Positions 37,384 through 48,220 of a stretch of 64,000 nucleotides of DNA are shown in pieces. Under the pieces are notes generated by a model. The model worked only from the letters and a program-made list of their open reading frames with translations, was not told where the DNA came from and did not search any database. Source of the DNA: an uncultured delta proteobacterium. GTDB lineage: Bacteria; Desulfobacterota; Desulfobacteria; Desulfobacterales; B30-G6. Location: assembly GCA_963823335.1 (NCBI GenBank), contig CAWGLD010000006.1, positions 96,001 through 160,000 on the forward strand. Direction: 5' to 3'. Every line of letters starts with the position of its first letter. Within the stretch, counting starts at the first letter, position 1. The translations under genes were made by a program, and so were the position numbers.

Positions 37384-40300
37384 TTAGACTCTCACCTCCA
37401 GACAGTCTTCAGCCAGTATGCTTCCCAGCGTCTCCACGACATCATCGGCATTCTGCTCTGAAAAAACCATGGGCGGTTTCAGTTTCAGAACATTGTGCAG
37501 CGGACCATCTGTGCTGATCAAAATACCGTGCTCCCGTAATCGGTTGATAATATAGCTCGCCTCTTCCGCGGCTGGTTCCAGGGTTTCACGATTTTTTACC
37601 AGTTCCACGCCGACAAAAAGTCCCTGACCGCGAACATCACCGATCAACGAAAAGCGCTGCTTTAATTTCTTGAAACCCGCTATCAAGCGATGCCCGACAA
37701 TTCGTGCATTTTCCTGCAAGTGTTCTTTTTCAATGACATCCAAGACGGCCATGCCGATGGCACATGAAACTGGGTTCCCTCCAAAGGTATTGAAATATTC
37801 CATGCCGTTATGAAACGCTGCTGCTATCTTCGGGGTCGTAACCACCACCGCCATGGGATGCCCATTGCCGATGGGTTTTCCCAGCGTGACAATATCCGGT
37901 ACGACGTCCTGGGTTTCAAACGCCCAGAAATGACTTCCAACGCGCCCAAAACCGACTTGGACTTCATCGGCGATACAGACGCCCCCGGCATCCCTGACAT
38001 GCTGGAAAGCCTCTTTAAGATAGTTGTCCGGGAGTACAACCTGGCCGCCGCATCCCAGAACGCTCTCACAGATAAAGGCTGCTACGCCATTGCCCTGGGA
38101 GGCCACACGGCCGATGGCTTTTTTTACATCATGCGCGTATGCTGAACCTATATCGCCACCCTGGCCCTTGAAGGGCCCTCGGTATCCATCCGGCATCTTC
38201 ACCGTATGTACCCAGGAGGGGGCTCCGCTACCACCGGGACCAGCATGCTTGTATGGACTGATATCCACAAGCAGATTGGTATTACCATGATAGGCGCCCT
38301 CCACCGTAATGATATCTCTTTGCCCTGTATAGGTGCGTGCCAATCGGAAGGCCAGTTCATTGGCTTCACTCCCGGTGCACACAAAAAAGCAGACACGCAA
38401 CGGCTCGGGAAATTTGGACAGCAGTTTTTGGGAGTACGTGATAATATGGTCATGCAGATATCGGGTATTGGTATTGAGTATTCCCATCTGACGTTGTCCG
38501 GCGGCAACCACCTCGGGATGGCAATGCCCCACATGCGTGACATTGTTGACACCGTCCAGATAGGCCTGACCGTTCTGGTCGATGAGGTATTGCCCCCTGC
38601 CCCTGACAATTTTCAGGGGTTCGCTATAGGAAATGCTGTAATTTTTACCGATGTGTTCATTTCGAAAGTCAAGGATTTCCTCCCGGCTCCTTCCCCGTAC
38701 CGGGAACATACTGTCGGGTATCCTCAATATCAGGTTAGGATCCGGCGAAAGCGCCTTCCACAACCGTTTCTGGCTTGGGGGAGCCACTCCTTTGTAATTT
38801 CCTGTTTCACCCAGCATGTCCGTAATGATCTGAAAATGAAGATGGGGCGGCCAGCCGCCGTTGACAAGGGTGTCACCAATTTCCGCAAATTTCTTGCCGC
38901 AAGCAATCACCTGGCCGACACTGAGATTTTCCAGAGACGCCAGGCTCAAATGACCGTAAAGTGTGTAGAAGGTGAATCCGTCTTGGGTTTCATGTGAAAG
39001 GATGATGGTCGGTCCGAAGTCATACGCAGCGGCGTTATTGTTAAAACTGTGAACCTTTCCATCATAAAAGGCCCGGATGCTGGATCCGGGCGCCATATAT
39101 AGGTCGATACCCATATGAATCGTACGCATTTCAGACATCTGATCACGCAGTTGCCTGTATGCATCTGAAATATATATGGCTCTGGGCTCACCGTAACAGC
39201 CGATACCAATGACGGCATCGTTCTTACGAAGCTGCCCGAAAATAGCCTGAGACATGTCCGAGACGTCGTTTTGGCTTGCGACACTATTGACCAGCGGGCT
39301 TTCAACACTCAGATCGAGCACCATGGATGACCCTTTTCCAGCAGCCGGGTCCACCAGCGGTTCAAAGCGGTCCTTATTGTCCTCAAGCCATTCAATTATT
39401 TTTTGCGCGTGAGGTACCGGTGACATATTGCAGGCATCCCGGAAATGGTATTCAGCAAGTCGCGGGTGAACGTCACTGAGTTGCCTGAGCAGCGTCCAGG
39501 CCGGTTTTTCGGATATTTGCAGATAGGCGTTGTCCGGTGCCAATCGGGATTGATGGGCGGAGTGGCACACACTCATGCATAATCGCATCAGAATCAGATC
39601 CAACAGGACAGAAAGCTCCATGTCCTCCAGGGGATGCGCCTGGTGATATCCGGCCACAACAGGTTTTACGGCGGAAAGCGGATCTTTTTTATCCATCATG
39701 GCATAAGCACATACAATGGCCAGTTCATTTATCGTGTGTGTATAAACCATATCACCATAGTCGATGACACCGTCTACCCTGTTTTTCCAGGTGCGATGCG
39801 GTGCAACCAGGATATTGTTATCATTACCGTCGTTGTGGATAACGCTCTGTCGCAAGCGGCTTAGTTTTGGCTGGGTGTGCGACTGGTAGCGTGTCAGGAA
39901 CTTACGGATCATGGCTTGATTCTCTTTGTCACAAACCATTTCAATCAGACTTTCGATGACCTGGGGTGCCTGCTTGAGATCCCAGTGAAATATCCGGTGA
40001 GCCCCAGGATGATCAAAGCTGCTGAGGGCAGCATCCAGACATCCGAGGAAAAGACCCAAGCTTTTCAGAAGACCGGCATCATGCGGCTTTACCTTTGAAA
40101 ATGGCTTTCCAGGCAGATAGGACAGCATGCGTACATAATGGCTGTCACCTGCAGCGCTGGTAACAGTGTCGATACGTTCCCCATTCCGGGTTGTGCATAT
40201 CTCGGGACATACGCACACACCCTCGGGGAATGTATCTTTGTGACGATTCACGTGGATCATGGCCTGGTTTTGAAATTCCAGTGCCTGTTTTTCTTCTGTT

Positions 40301-40473
40301 TTATTGGCGATCTTGAGGACGTATTCATTCAGCTCTTTTGTCTGAACATGAAAATTCTGATCCCGTTCGCTGGGAAGCTGCCTGAATACGCCGCGAATCC
40401 CGAAAAGATCCTTTGCGATCTGCTCTGCTTCTGTCGCGGAGAATCGAGGAGCATAGGATACGACTGATGGCAT
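37384..40473 (-). CDS. Three-domain fusion: APH-type kinase + M23-like domain + class III PLP aminotransferase/phospho-lyase
   Basis: HNDGNDNN and IDYGD (kinase); HMGIDL, YGHL and PPHLHFQ (M23); [18 protein letters not shown] and FNTFGGNP (class III). Confidence 0.88.
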   Translation of the reverse strand: MPSVVSYAPRFSATEAEQIAKDLFGIRGVFRQLPSERDQNFHVQTKELNEYVLKIANKTEEKQALEFQNQAMIHVNRHKDTFPEGVCVCPEICTTRNGERIDTVTSAAGDSHYVRMLSYLPGKPFSKVKPHDAGLLKSLGLFLGCLDAALSSFDHPGAHRIFHWDLKQAPQVIESLIEMVCDKENQAMIRKFLTRYQSHTQPKLSRLRQSVIHNDGNDNNILVAPHRTWKNRVDGVIDYGDMVYTHTINELAIVCAYAMMDKKDPLSAVKPVVAGYHQAHPLEDMELSVLLDLILMRLCMSVCHSAHQSRLAPDNAYLQISEKPAWTLLRQLSDVHPRLAEYHFRDACNMSPVPHAQKIIEWLEDNKDRFEPLVDPAAGKGSSMVLDLSVESPLVNSVASQNDVSDMSQAIFGQLRKNDAVIGIGCYGEPRAIYISDAYRQLRDQMSEMRTIHMGIDLYMAPGSSIRAFYDGKVHSFNNNAAAYDFGPTIILSHETQDGFTFYTLYGHLSLASLENLSVGQVIACGKKFAEIGDTLVNGGWPPHLHFQIITDMLGETGNYKGVAPPSQKRLWKALSPDPNLILRIPDSMFPVRGRSREEILDFRNEHIGKNYSISYSEPLKIVRGRGQYLIDQNGQAYLDGVNNVTHVGHCHPEVVAAGQRQMGILNTNTRYLHDHIITYSQKLLSKFPEPLRVCFFVCTGSEANELAFRLARTYTGQRDIITVEGAYHGNTNLLVDISPYKHAGPGGSGAPSWVHTVKMPDGYRGPFKGQGGDIGSAYAHDVKKAIGRVASQGNGVAAFICESVLGCGGQVVLPDNYLKEAFQHVRDAGGVCIADEVQVGFGRVGSHFWAFETQDVVPDIVTLGKPIGNGHPMAVVVTTPKIAAAFHNGMEYFNTFGGNPVSCAIGMAVLDVIEKEHLQENARIVGHRLIAGFKKLKQRFSLIGDVRGQGLFVGVELVKNRETLEPAAEEASYIINRLREHGILISTDGPLHNVLKLKPPMVFSEQNADDVVETLGSILAEDCLEVRV

Positions 40474-40700
40474 TGGGTTTTCCCTTTGTCCTTAATTATT
40501 GGAGATAATAGTTGAGCCCCGGGCGGCAAGAAATAAGCTGCTTGAATCTTAATTATTTACTGTTTAGGGTTTTTACCACAAACCATTACAAATAAAAACA
40601 GCAGGATTTTGCTGAGCAAAGAAACAATTAAATCTGTCAATTTTGCCATGAATACGATAGATAAGAACAAAAGAGACTTTTATTGACAGGGAGATGAATC

Positions 40701-41600
40701 ATGAATACGAAAAATTCCACTGTATCACTTCTCGTTACCGAAAACAGGAATACCGGTGTCGGTCTCTGTATCGACGCTCTGGGTATTAATCCTGTAATAA
40801 ACAAGAACGTGCTCATCAAACCCAATTTCAACACGGCAGACCCCGCTCCGGGGTCCACCCACAACGACACCCTTGTTTCGCTCATAAAAAAAGTTTGGGA
40901 CATGGGGGCCAGATCCATCAGAATCGGAGAACGTAGCTATCCATTGACCTCTCAAGTCATGGACCAGAAAGGTATCCGTCCGCTTCTTAAAGACCTGGAT
41001 GTCGATGTTGTGGATTTTGATACATTGGACAAAAAAGACTGGATAAAGATTGACCCGGTCGATACGCACTGGCGGGATGGATTCCGGGTGGCCAGACCTG
41101 TTCTGGAGGCGGAATGCCTGATTTCCACCGGTTGCCTGAAGACACACCAGTTTGGTGGTGTGTTTACCTTATCCCTCAAACTCCACGTGGGGGTCGTTCC
41201 CACAACCCGTCATGGGTTTGACTACATGACCGAACTTCACACATCTTCTCATCAGAACAAACTGATCGCTGAAATCAACCAGCCTTTTCAACCTGATCTG
41301 GTTTTGATCGATGGCATCGATGCTTTTGTGGATGGCGGTCCTGCCACAGGAAAACACGTCCAGGGAAACCTTCTGCTGGCATCAACTGATCGTGTCGCCA
41401 TGGATGCAGCAGGTGTTGCCGCACTAAAAACGCTTGGCAGCAACCGGGCGATCATGCAAACCAGGATTTTCGATCACGAGCAGATCGCCAGGGCAGCTGA
41501 AATCGGTATTGGCGTGACTTCCGTTGAGCAGATTGAACTTGTCCCTGTCACAAAAGAAAGCCGTCCGATCCGGGACAAAGTTCTGGCCCAGTTAATTTAA
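40701..41600 (+). CDS. DUF362 family protein
   Basis: VLIKPN, LKTH..G..TLSLK, DG..GGP and DRVAMD motifs. Confidence 0.8.
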   Translation: MNTKNSTVSLLVTENRNTGVGLCIDALGINPVINKNVLIKPNFNTADPAPGSTHNDTLVSLIKKVWDMGARSIRIGERSYPLTSQVMDQKGIRPLLKDLDVDVVDFDTLDKKDWIKIDPVDTHWRDGFRVARPVLEAECLISTGCLKTHQFGGVFTLSLKLHVGVVPTTRHGFDYMTELHTSSHQNKLIAEINQPFQPDLVLIDGIDAFVDGGPATGKHVQGNLLLASTDRVAMDAAGVAALKTLGSNRAIMQTRIFDHEQIARAAEIGIGVTSVEQIELVPVTKESRPIRDKVLAQLI

Positions 41601-41745
41601 ACTTGACGCTTTCTCCATATCTCGTGTATGGTTTTTCAGTCATCCTAAATTACAACTATGTGTACAGGTCACGATTCGGACAGGCATTAACAACAATTAA
41701 TTTGATCCACTCACCCAGACTTGTCAAAAGACATGAGGGAGTGAA

Positions 41746-42303
41746 ATGAAAAAATTTATTGTCGCTGCCGCTTTAGTAGGTTTCGGCGTATTCGTTGCGT
41801 TTCCCCTGTTCAGCCTCAGTTATTACACCATGGTCCGGACCTCCACACCCCAATTTTGTGCATCTTGCCACGAAATCAAATTCGCTTACAATACCTGGAA
41901 AACATCCACTCATGTCAACAATGCCCAGGGTTTTGTGGCGGACTGCATGGACTGCCACCTTCCTGCCCCGCATGATACATTCAATTTTTTTTATGCCAAG
42001 ACAGTCCACGGTATCAAAGATATTTACATCCATCTTACACAAGACATGAGTCAATATGATCATGCCCTTCAGAAAGAGAAAGCCTACGCTTCATTCAAGA
42101 ATGAACAATGCCAGAAATGCCATCGCAATATTCTTTATATACCCGACAAACGCGGGGCCATGCTGGCGCATCGATCCGTTCTGTACGCAAGACCAGGGTA
42201 TGAAAAAAAATGTGTGGATTGCCATAAAAATCTGGTTCACAATCAGAAACCTATTTATGAATACAAGCAATACAAAACAGTTTATCGAGGGTTGGGCATT
42301 TGA
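41746..42303 (+). CDS. NapC/NirT/NrfH-family membrane tetraheme cytochrome c
   Basis: N-terminal TM helix, TSTPQFCASCH, four CXXCH motifs. Confidence 0.92.
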   Translation: MKKFIVAAALVGFGVFVAFPLFSLSYYTMVRTSTPQFCASCHEIKFAYNTWKTSTHVNNAQGFVADCMDCHLPAPHDTFNFFYAKTVHGIKDIYIHLTQDMSQYDHALQKEKAYASFKNEQCQKCHRNILYIPDKRGAMLAHRSVLYARPGYEKKCVDCHKNLVHNQKPIYEYKQYKTVYRGLGI

Positions 42304-42339
42304 CCCGCATATTTCAGAACAAATGAAAGGGGGAGGATT

Positions 42340-43728
42340 ATGAGACCAAGAGCATTTCTGATGATGCTGATCCTGGCCTGTGTCACGGTGATGTTCTGCA
42401 TGTCCACCGCCATGGCGCAGAACATTCCGAAAACCAAGGAGTTTCGGATCGAAAGAGCCATGCCAAAGGAAGCCGTTGCCTGCATTGAATGTCACAAACG
42501 GGAACACCCCGGACTTTTTGCAGACTGGGCTCGCAGTCGTCATGCAAGCGCCAACATCACATGTCTTGACTGTCACCAGGCCGAAGAATCAGATATGGAT
42601 CTTAGCCGTGAGCACTTCAAGCAGTACCAGCGGTCTGACCAGCCCTTCGGTACCAAAGAATACAAAGTTCCCATCACTGCGGTGGTTACACCCAAGGACT
42701 GCTCGCGCTGTCATCCTGATGAAGCCAAACAATACAGTGTTAGCAAACATGCCAATACCATGGAAATTATATGGAAAATAGATCCCTGGCTCAACAAAGG
42801 CATGAACAGCGACTTTGAAAGAACCGCTGGATGCTATCATTGCCATGGAACCATTCTGAAGATGAAAGATGGGAATCTTGATCCTGAAACCTGGCCAAAT
42901 GTCGGTGTCGGCAGAATCAATCTGGATGGAAGCAAGGGCAGCTGCACGAGTTGCCACACGCGCCATATGTTTTCGGTCATGGAAGCCCGCAAGCCTGAAG
43001 CATGTGGCCAATGTCACCTGGGACCGGATCATCCCCAGATTGAAATCTTCATGGAATCAAAACATGGTGACATTTACACCGCCCATGGTGATGATTACAA
43101 CTGGAACGCCGCTCCTGGCACATGGTCACCGGGAGTCGATTTTCGTGGCCCCACCTGTGCATCCTGTCACATGTCCGGTGCCGGCACGACGTTGACGAGT
43201 CATGATGTGACGGAACGTTTGTCATGGGAAATACAGGCACCACTGACCATTCGACCATCCGACTTCAAACCCTTCCCTGCCAAGAACAACTGGGAGACCG
43301 AACGTGATAAAATGAAAGTGGTCTGTACCCAGTGTCATGGAAAAACCTGGGTTGACGATCATTATGTCAAGCTGGACAGGGTGGTGGAAGAATACAACGA
43401 AGTATATTTCAAACCGGCAAAGAGTATGCTGGATCAGTTATACGAGAAGGAGCTGCTGGACAAAACAAGGTTCTTTGACGAACGACTTGAGGTCGAATAC
43501 TATGAGCTCTGGCATCATGAAGGCAGAAGAGCCCGTATGGGTACAGCCATGATGGCACCGGACTATGCCTGGTGGCATGGGTTTTATGAATGTAAAAAGC
43601 GTTTCAGCAATTACATGGAGGAAGCCCGCCACCTCATAGACCAGAACCAGAAAGCCTATGTCGCAAAAGATTTTCCGAATGCCACCGGTAGTACCACCAA
43701 GCCAAAAGAGGTGTTTCCGGATAATTAA
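42340..43728 (+). CDS. Octaheme hydroxylamine-oxidoreductase-family cytochrome (epsilon-Hao-like)
   Basis: Signal peptide, eight CXXCH motifs, CGQCHLGPDHPQ and APDYAWWHG. Confidence 0.88.
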   Translation: MRPRAFLMMLILACVTVMFCMSTAMAQNIPKTKEFRIERAMPKEAVACIECHKREHPGLFADWARSRHASANITCLDCHQAEESDMDLSREHFKQYQRSDQPFGTKEYKVPITAVVTPKDCSRCHPDEAKQYSVSKHANTMEIIWKIDPWLNKGMNSDFERTAGCYHCHGTILKMKDGNLDPETWPNVGVGRINLDGSKGSCTSCHTRHMFSVMEARKPEACGQCHLGPDHPQIEIFMESKHGDIYTAHGDDYNWNAAPGTWSPGVDFRGPTCASCHMSGAGTTLTSHDVTERLSWEIQAPLTIRPSDFKPFPAKNNWETERDKMKVVCTQCHGKTWVDDHYVKLDRVVEEYNEVYFKPAKSMLDQLYEKELLDKTRFFDERLEVEYYELWHHEGRRARMGTAMMAPDYAWWHGFYECKKRFSNYMEEARHLIDQNQKAYVAKDFPNATGSTTKPKEVFPDN

Positions 43729-43882
43729 CGATAAATATGATAGGAAGCCTGGAAGCCATGAGGCTGGGAAGCCGCCTTCAGTGATTGGCTGAAAGCCGAT
43801 ACCAGTCTCATAGCATCCTCGCTTCTCAGCATCACAGCCCATCCTTCATTCACCTTTAAACCCATCCGTACCCGTCAATGGC

Positions 43883-44548
43883 TTATGGTGTTACACCAAA
43901 TCTGAGCCATTTAAATCTCTTCTGATTATCGATCGACACATATTTTCCAGTACGTGCCATAAATAGATTTTCCGGCTTAAGGCATATATTCGGTTCGTTG
44001 GTCTGAAGTTCTTGAAAGCCAAAAGGATCAAATAATCTGATGAGTATTTTTCGATAAGCCAGTGCAGATTTTGCTGTACCATCCAGATCCCATGTCCAAG
44101 AGTACCCCACCATATACACGATCAGTTTCTCCACAATTGAGGGGCGCATCAGCTGCCCCAGGATTCTACCTGCAATCCCGTGGGACCGAAACCGACGGCA
44201 TATTTCTATGGCTTTTACCTCCATCATCAATCCGGGCGTCATTTCTTGCCAGCGGTCCCCTTCGTCTGGGGGGCTGAGAACACCAAAACCGATGATATTC
44301 TCACCTTCCAATGCTAAGGTAACATTCGCATTGGCTTGTGATGTATTGTTTTCAAGACTTTCTCTTTTGGTGTAAAGAGACTTGTATTGCGCATGCATGC
44401 CAAACTGTCTGTCAAACGTATAGCGTCGTATCTCTTCCGGTTTGCAGAAAGAGCGGATGCAGATCTTAGGGTTGGAGGGGGTAAGCGCAGGGTTGGAGGG
44501 TTGGAGGGGTCGAGGGTTCGAGGGGGTGTCTTTTGTAGAATATACCAT
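43883..44548 (-). CDS. AcuA-like GNAT protein acetyltransferase
   Basis: RW..., AIEI..FR..GIA, YSWTWDL and EPNIC motifs resemble AcuA; N-terminus contains a repeat-derived PSNP stretch. Confidence 0.7.
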   Translation of the reverse strand: MVYSTKDTPSNPRPLQPSNPALTPSNPKICIRSFCKPEEIRRYTFDRQFGMHAQYKSLYTKRESLENNTSQANANVTLALEGENIIGFGVLSPPDEGDRWQEMTPGLMMEVKAIEICRRFRSHGIAGRILGQLMRPSIVEKLIVYMVGYSWTWDLDGTAKSALAYRKILIRLFDPFGFQELQTNEPNICLKPENLFMARTGKYVSIDNQKRFKWLRFGVTP

Positions 44549-44656
44549 GCAATGATAGCCTTTTAGGGAGTTAGACTGTAGGCTGTTAGGTGCGTATAGC
44601 TAAAAGCTCTCAGCCACCCTCGAACCCTCGAAACCTTGGACCCTCGAACCCTTGTT

Positions 44657-45211
44657 TTAAAAATCTGTCCATGTTGAATGCAGTCGTTTGACCATTATCA
44701 CCATGTCATGGGTGCCGCCATCCGGGCCGACGGCATAGTTTTGGAGTTCTGCACGTTGAAAAAAATCAAATTTTTTTACGGCCTCGATGGCTGCATCTTC
44801 GATGCCTCTGACAAGATCCGTTCTTAATGTTTCCAGACCTTTGTCCATAGCGGCCTGAATCAAGTCCAGCAATATCCATGTTCCCAGCCGCTTGTTGCGG
44901 AATTCCGGCATAACGACGATACGGAAACGCCCAACATGCTTGGTAGCACCGAATTCCCTGAAATGTAAACTACCGTGCCCGATCATTTCACTGTTACAGA
45001 ATGCGATAATGGAGAACACGGCGCCACTGTCCATGTTTGAAATCCATTTTCGGATAATATCTGGTTTGGTGGTATCATAGCGCATGCACCAACGATCGTT
45101 TTCGGGTATTTTTTTATAAAACCGATTCAGCAGTGATTCGTCCTCCGGTTTCAGTGGACGGATCACTGCTTCTTCACAATCCTTGAGGATACATTCTTTG
45201 GGATATCTCAC
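44657..45211 (-). CDS. GNAT-family N-acetyltransferase
   Basis: VIRPL and VMPEFRNKRLGT (acetyl-CoA binding) motifs; GTG start after GGAGG. Confidence 0.8.
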   Translation of the reverse strand: MRYPKECILKDCEEAVIRPLKPEDESLLNRFYKKIPENDRWCMRYDTTKPDIIRKWISNMDSGAVFSIIAFCNSEMIGHGSLHFREFGATKHVGRFRIVVMPEFRNKRLGTWILLDLIQAAMDKGLETLRTDLVRGIEDAAIEAVKKFDFFQRAELQNYAVGPDGGTHDMVIMVKRLHSTWTDF

Positions 45212-45281
45212 CGCTCGGACACCTCCCTTTTATTGTCAATTAATGACAGATTTCATGCCTTTTGCGACAAACAAATAAATG

Positions 45282-45385
45282 CAATCACGAAAACACGCAC
45301 GAAGTATCCTTAACGGATAAATCTGAAAAACACGAAATTTTTCATGGTCTTTTTCGTGTTTTCGTACTTTCGTGTTTTCGTGATA
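45282..45385. repeat. 8-bp-period (AACACGAA/TTCGTGTT) inverted array element
   Basis: About 77 bp recur nearly identically in reverse orientation at 50908-50984. Confidence 0.8.
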
Positions 45386-45394
45386 AAAGATCGT

Positions 45395-46528
45395 TTATTC
45401 TGGTTTCCCCATGACCTCTGCAAACATATCCATGTCCCAGCTTCTGCACTCGGCGATGTTCTGTCGAAACTTGATAAAGTCGATGGTATCCTGTCCTGTG
45501 ATTTTCTTGGTGTTGAAAGCCCCGAAACCGAGAAACGCCTCTCCGCCCATATTGGCTGCAAGCCAGTGTCTGTGAGAGTTTTTCATGGTATCCCAGAAAT
45601 ATTTTTTCTTCTGTCGAATACTGTCGATGGACTCCATCAGACAACCCGGAAAAAGATTGGCAAATGTCCACACAATTTTGTCGACTTCCTTGTCCAGAAG
45701 TTCAAAATTTGAATTGGGTTGATGTTCCTTGACAAAAGCACGCGCCTCTTTCAACGCCTCACCGGTTTTGTATTCACCAAAGACAATCTCACCGTCTTCC
45801 ACATATTTATCAATAGTAATCATGGGGTTTCGGACCCATCCACCATCGATGTTCAGAACCGGGACCACTTTACTGATCAGATTTTTGGCCTTCATTTTAT
45901 AGGCTGACCACATTTCGCAGGAAATGCAGTTCCACATGGAGTCTTCCATACTTAGAAACCACGGCAAAAAGTCTGATGATCCTCCTACCGGAGCAGACCC
46001 GTGTTTGGGGCCGGCCTGCCCATAAATGGCAAGATCCGAAGAAATGGCAAGATCGCAGGCCATACCAATCTCCTGGCCACCTGCCACCCGCATCCCGTTC
46101 ACACGACAGATAACCGGCTTTTTGCAAGCCAGTATGGCATCGACCATATGATTGAACAATTCCATATACTGGCCGTATTCATCTGGGCGGCGGCTGTAAT
46201 ATTCACTGTATTCTTTTGTATTTCCACCCGTACAGAACGCATAGGGGCCTGTGCCGGTAAAAACAACCGCCACAACGCTGCGATCGAGAGAAGCATTTTC
46301 AAAGCCGGCAATCACTCCTTTGACCATTTCCGTTGTGTAAGAATTGTACTGTCTGGGATTGTTCAAGCGAATCCATGCAGTGTACAGACCGTCGATCATC
46401 TTCCCCGAAGGGTCCTGCAAGGGCTTTTTCTCGAATACGACACAGGGATCTTTGCTCCCCCAGTGTCCTTCCTCATGTAATTGGTGATCTTTTTTTTCGT
46501 TGTCGCGCGGCATCCAGTCTAAAGCCAT
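45395..46528 (-). CDS. oah: 6-oxocyclohex-1-ene-1-carbonyl-CoA hydrolase (BamA/Oah)
   Basis: AWIRLNNPRQYNSYTTEMVK, FCTGGNTKEY, NGMRVAGGQE and QAGPKHGSAP motifs. Confidence 0.95.
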   Translation of the reverse strand: MALDWMPRDNEKKDHQLHEEGHWGSKDPCVVFEKKPLQDPSGKMIDGLYTAWIRLNNPRQYNSYTTEMVKGVIAGFENASLDRSVVAVVFTGTGPYAFCTGGNTKEYSEYYSRRPDEYGQYMELFNHMVDAILACKKPVICRVNGMRVAGGQEIGMACDLAISSDLAIYGQAGPKHGSAPVGGSSDFLPWFLSMEDSMWNCISCEMWSAYKMKAKNLISKVVPVLNIDGGWVRNPMITIDKYVEDGEIVFGEYKTGEALKEARAFVKEHQPNSNFELLDKEVDKIVWTFANLFPGCLMESIDSIRQKKKYFWDTMKNSHRHWLAANMGGEAFLGFGAFNTKKITGQDTIDFIKFRQNIAECRSWDMDMFAEVMGKPE

Positions 46529-46702
46529 GATATTCTCCTTTGTATAAATAATTGATTTTTTGTTTTTGTGTTTTGTATTTTGTGTTTGGTGCTCAGTGTT
46601 TGGTGCCTGGAGATGTTATTGGGTGGTTCTATTTGACGGTAGACCAAACACCAAGGACTAATTACTAAACACCAAATACCAAACACTAAATATGATCTCA
46701 AT

Positions 46703-47806
46703 CTAGAAATCGGGCACCAGCACGATTCTTTTGTCCGGCGACTTCGTGTGTGCTTCTTCAAAAGCAGCTGCAATCGTACTCATGGGACGGGTCTGAACAA
46801 AAGGTTTCATATCGATCTTTCCTGAAAGAACCATTCCGAGAACCTGTGGATAATATTCCGGCAGGCATCCCCAGGTGCCGATGATTTCAGCATCAAATGC
46901 CATAAGGCGACTGATGGAATATTCGAGTTTTTGCATACCAAAGCCCACAATGATCAATTTTCCTGTAAAGCTGAGGAGCCCCAGAGCGGTTTCCTGCCCG
47001 GGCTTGCTGCCGGTGACCTCGAAGATCTTCCATCCATAAGCAGGGAGATGTTTCTGCTTTCTCAGGGCTTTGATTTCATCCGAGATGTCTCTGGGCCCTT
47101 TGCCGGTGGCATTGATAGCCACATCAGCGCCGTAGTTTTGAATTTGTTCCAAGCGTTTTTCATCGATATCCACGGCGATAACGCATCCAGCCCCAAGCGC
47201 CTTGGCTATCTGAACCATATACTGCCCAACACCACCGATACCGATGACAATAACGTTGTCACCGATTTGGAGATCGGCTCTTTTGGCTGCCTGAAACGGG
47301 GTTGTTGCGGCGTCCGCCACAACGGCCAGATGGGCCAAGGGAATCTCTCCCCTGCCCTTGATTTCACACAGATCAATACTCGGCACGGGTATGTGGCTTG
47401 AAAAACCTCCATAAATTCCGATACTGTTGCCAGGCATTTTCTGACTCAAGCACCGGTTTCCCCTGCCGGTTTTACACAAATGGCAACGACGGCACGGCAT
47501 GACGGCTGGTATCAGGACTTCCTTTCCTATCCAGGCATCATCACCGGCTACCACGGTACCGGATATTTCGTGCCCAAGTGTCAAGGGAGGTTTTGAGACA
47601 GTTGGAACGCCATCATAAAAGTAACCAAGATCCGTGTGGCAGACACCACAACCGGCGACTTCCACCAGTACATCCTGAGGCATCAAATCGGGAATTGGAA
47701 GTACTTTTTTTTCAATTTTTCCCGGAATGATTTCATTGGTCTCTTTGTTTCGGGTTGTCGGTTTTACCATTTGCCAGGTCTGGATCTGCTCGGGCATTTT
47801 TGCCAT
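46703..47806 (-). CDS. had: 6-hydroxycyclohex-1-ene-1-carbonyl-CoA dehydrogenase (BamQ/Had)
   Basis: Zn-ADH motifs CGVCHTD and GHE, plus QKMPGN, LMAFDA and GTWGC; adjacent to oah. Confidence 0.93.
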   Translation of the reverse strand: MAKMPEQIQTWQMVKPTTRNKETNEIIPGKIEKKVLPIPDLMPQDVLVEVAGCGVCHTDLGYFYDGVPTVSKPPLTLGHEISGTVVAGDDAWIGKEVLIPAVMPCRRCHLCKTGRGNRCLSQKMPGNSIGIYGGFSSHIPVPSIDLCEIKGRGEIPLAHLAVVADAATTPFQAAKRADLQIGDNVIVIGIGGVGQYMVQIAKALGAGCVIAVDIDEKRLEQIQNYGADVAINATGKGPRDISDEIKALRKQKHLPAYGWKIFEVTGSKPGQETALGLLSFTGKLIIVGFGMQKLEYSISRLMAFDAEIIGTWGCLPEYYPQVLGMVLSGKIDMKPFVQTRPMSTIAAAFEEAHTKSPDKRIVLVPDF

Positions 47807-47884
47807 GCTCTACCTCCTTGTTTTGACAGAATAAATTGTTCTGTAAATTTATGAATGCAAACCTAGTTCTTCTGCAATGAGTTG

Positions 47885-47912
47885 AAGTTATAATTTAGCT
47901 ATAATGTAACTT
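47885..47912. promoter_or_regulatory. Putative operator with TAGCT-N6-TA(G/A)CT core
   Basis: AAGTTATAATTTAG-CTATAATGTAACTT imperfect palindrome; related sites at 48087-48102 and 53054-53069. Confidence 0.5.
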
Positions 47913-48220
47913 TTAGAACCATTTAAAGTCAATAATAAAATCGCTTCGCGTTTTTATCTGCGCGAAATGGGCTCGCTGTTGACGTTCAAAACCAAGACAA
48001 GCAGCGTCAGGGTAAAATGACATTCCAAGTCTAAATCCTGCCTCCTGGCATCGGTGTGGCCATCATTTTTCTCTTGACTATTTATGTAGCTAATATATAG
48101 CTGTTAATGATTTGAACACGTTATCACTCCGGAAATTAAAGAACACACGCTTGTCATTCCCGCCAAGACGGGAATCTTGATAATTACGATGTGCCAGACA
48201 GTTTATAATAAGGAGTTCAT

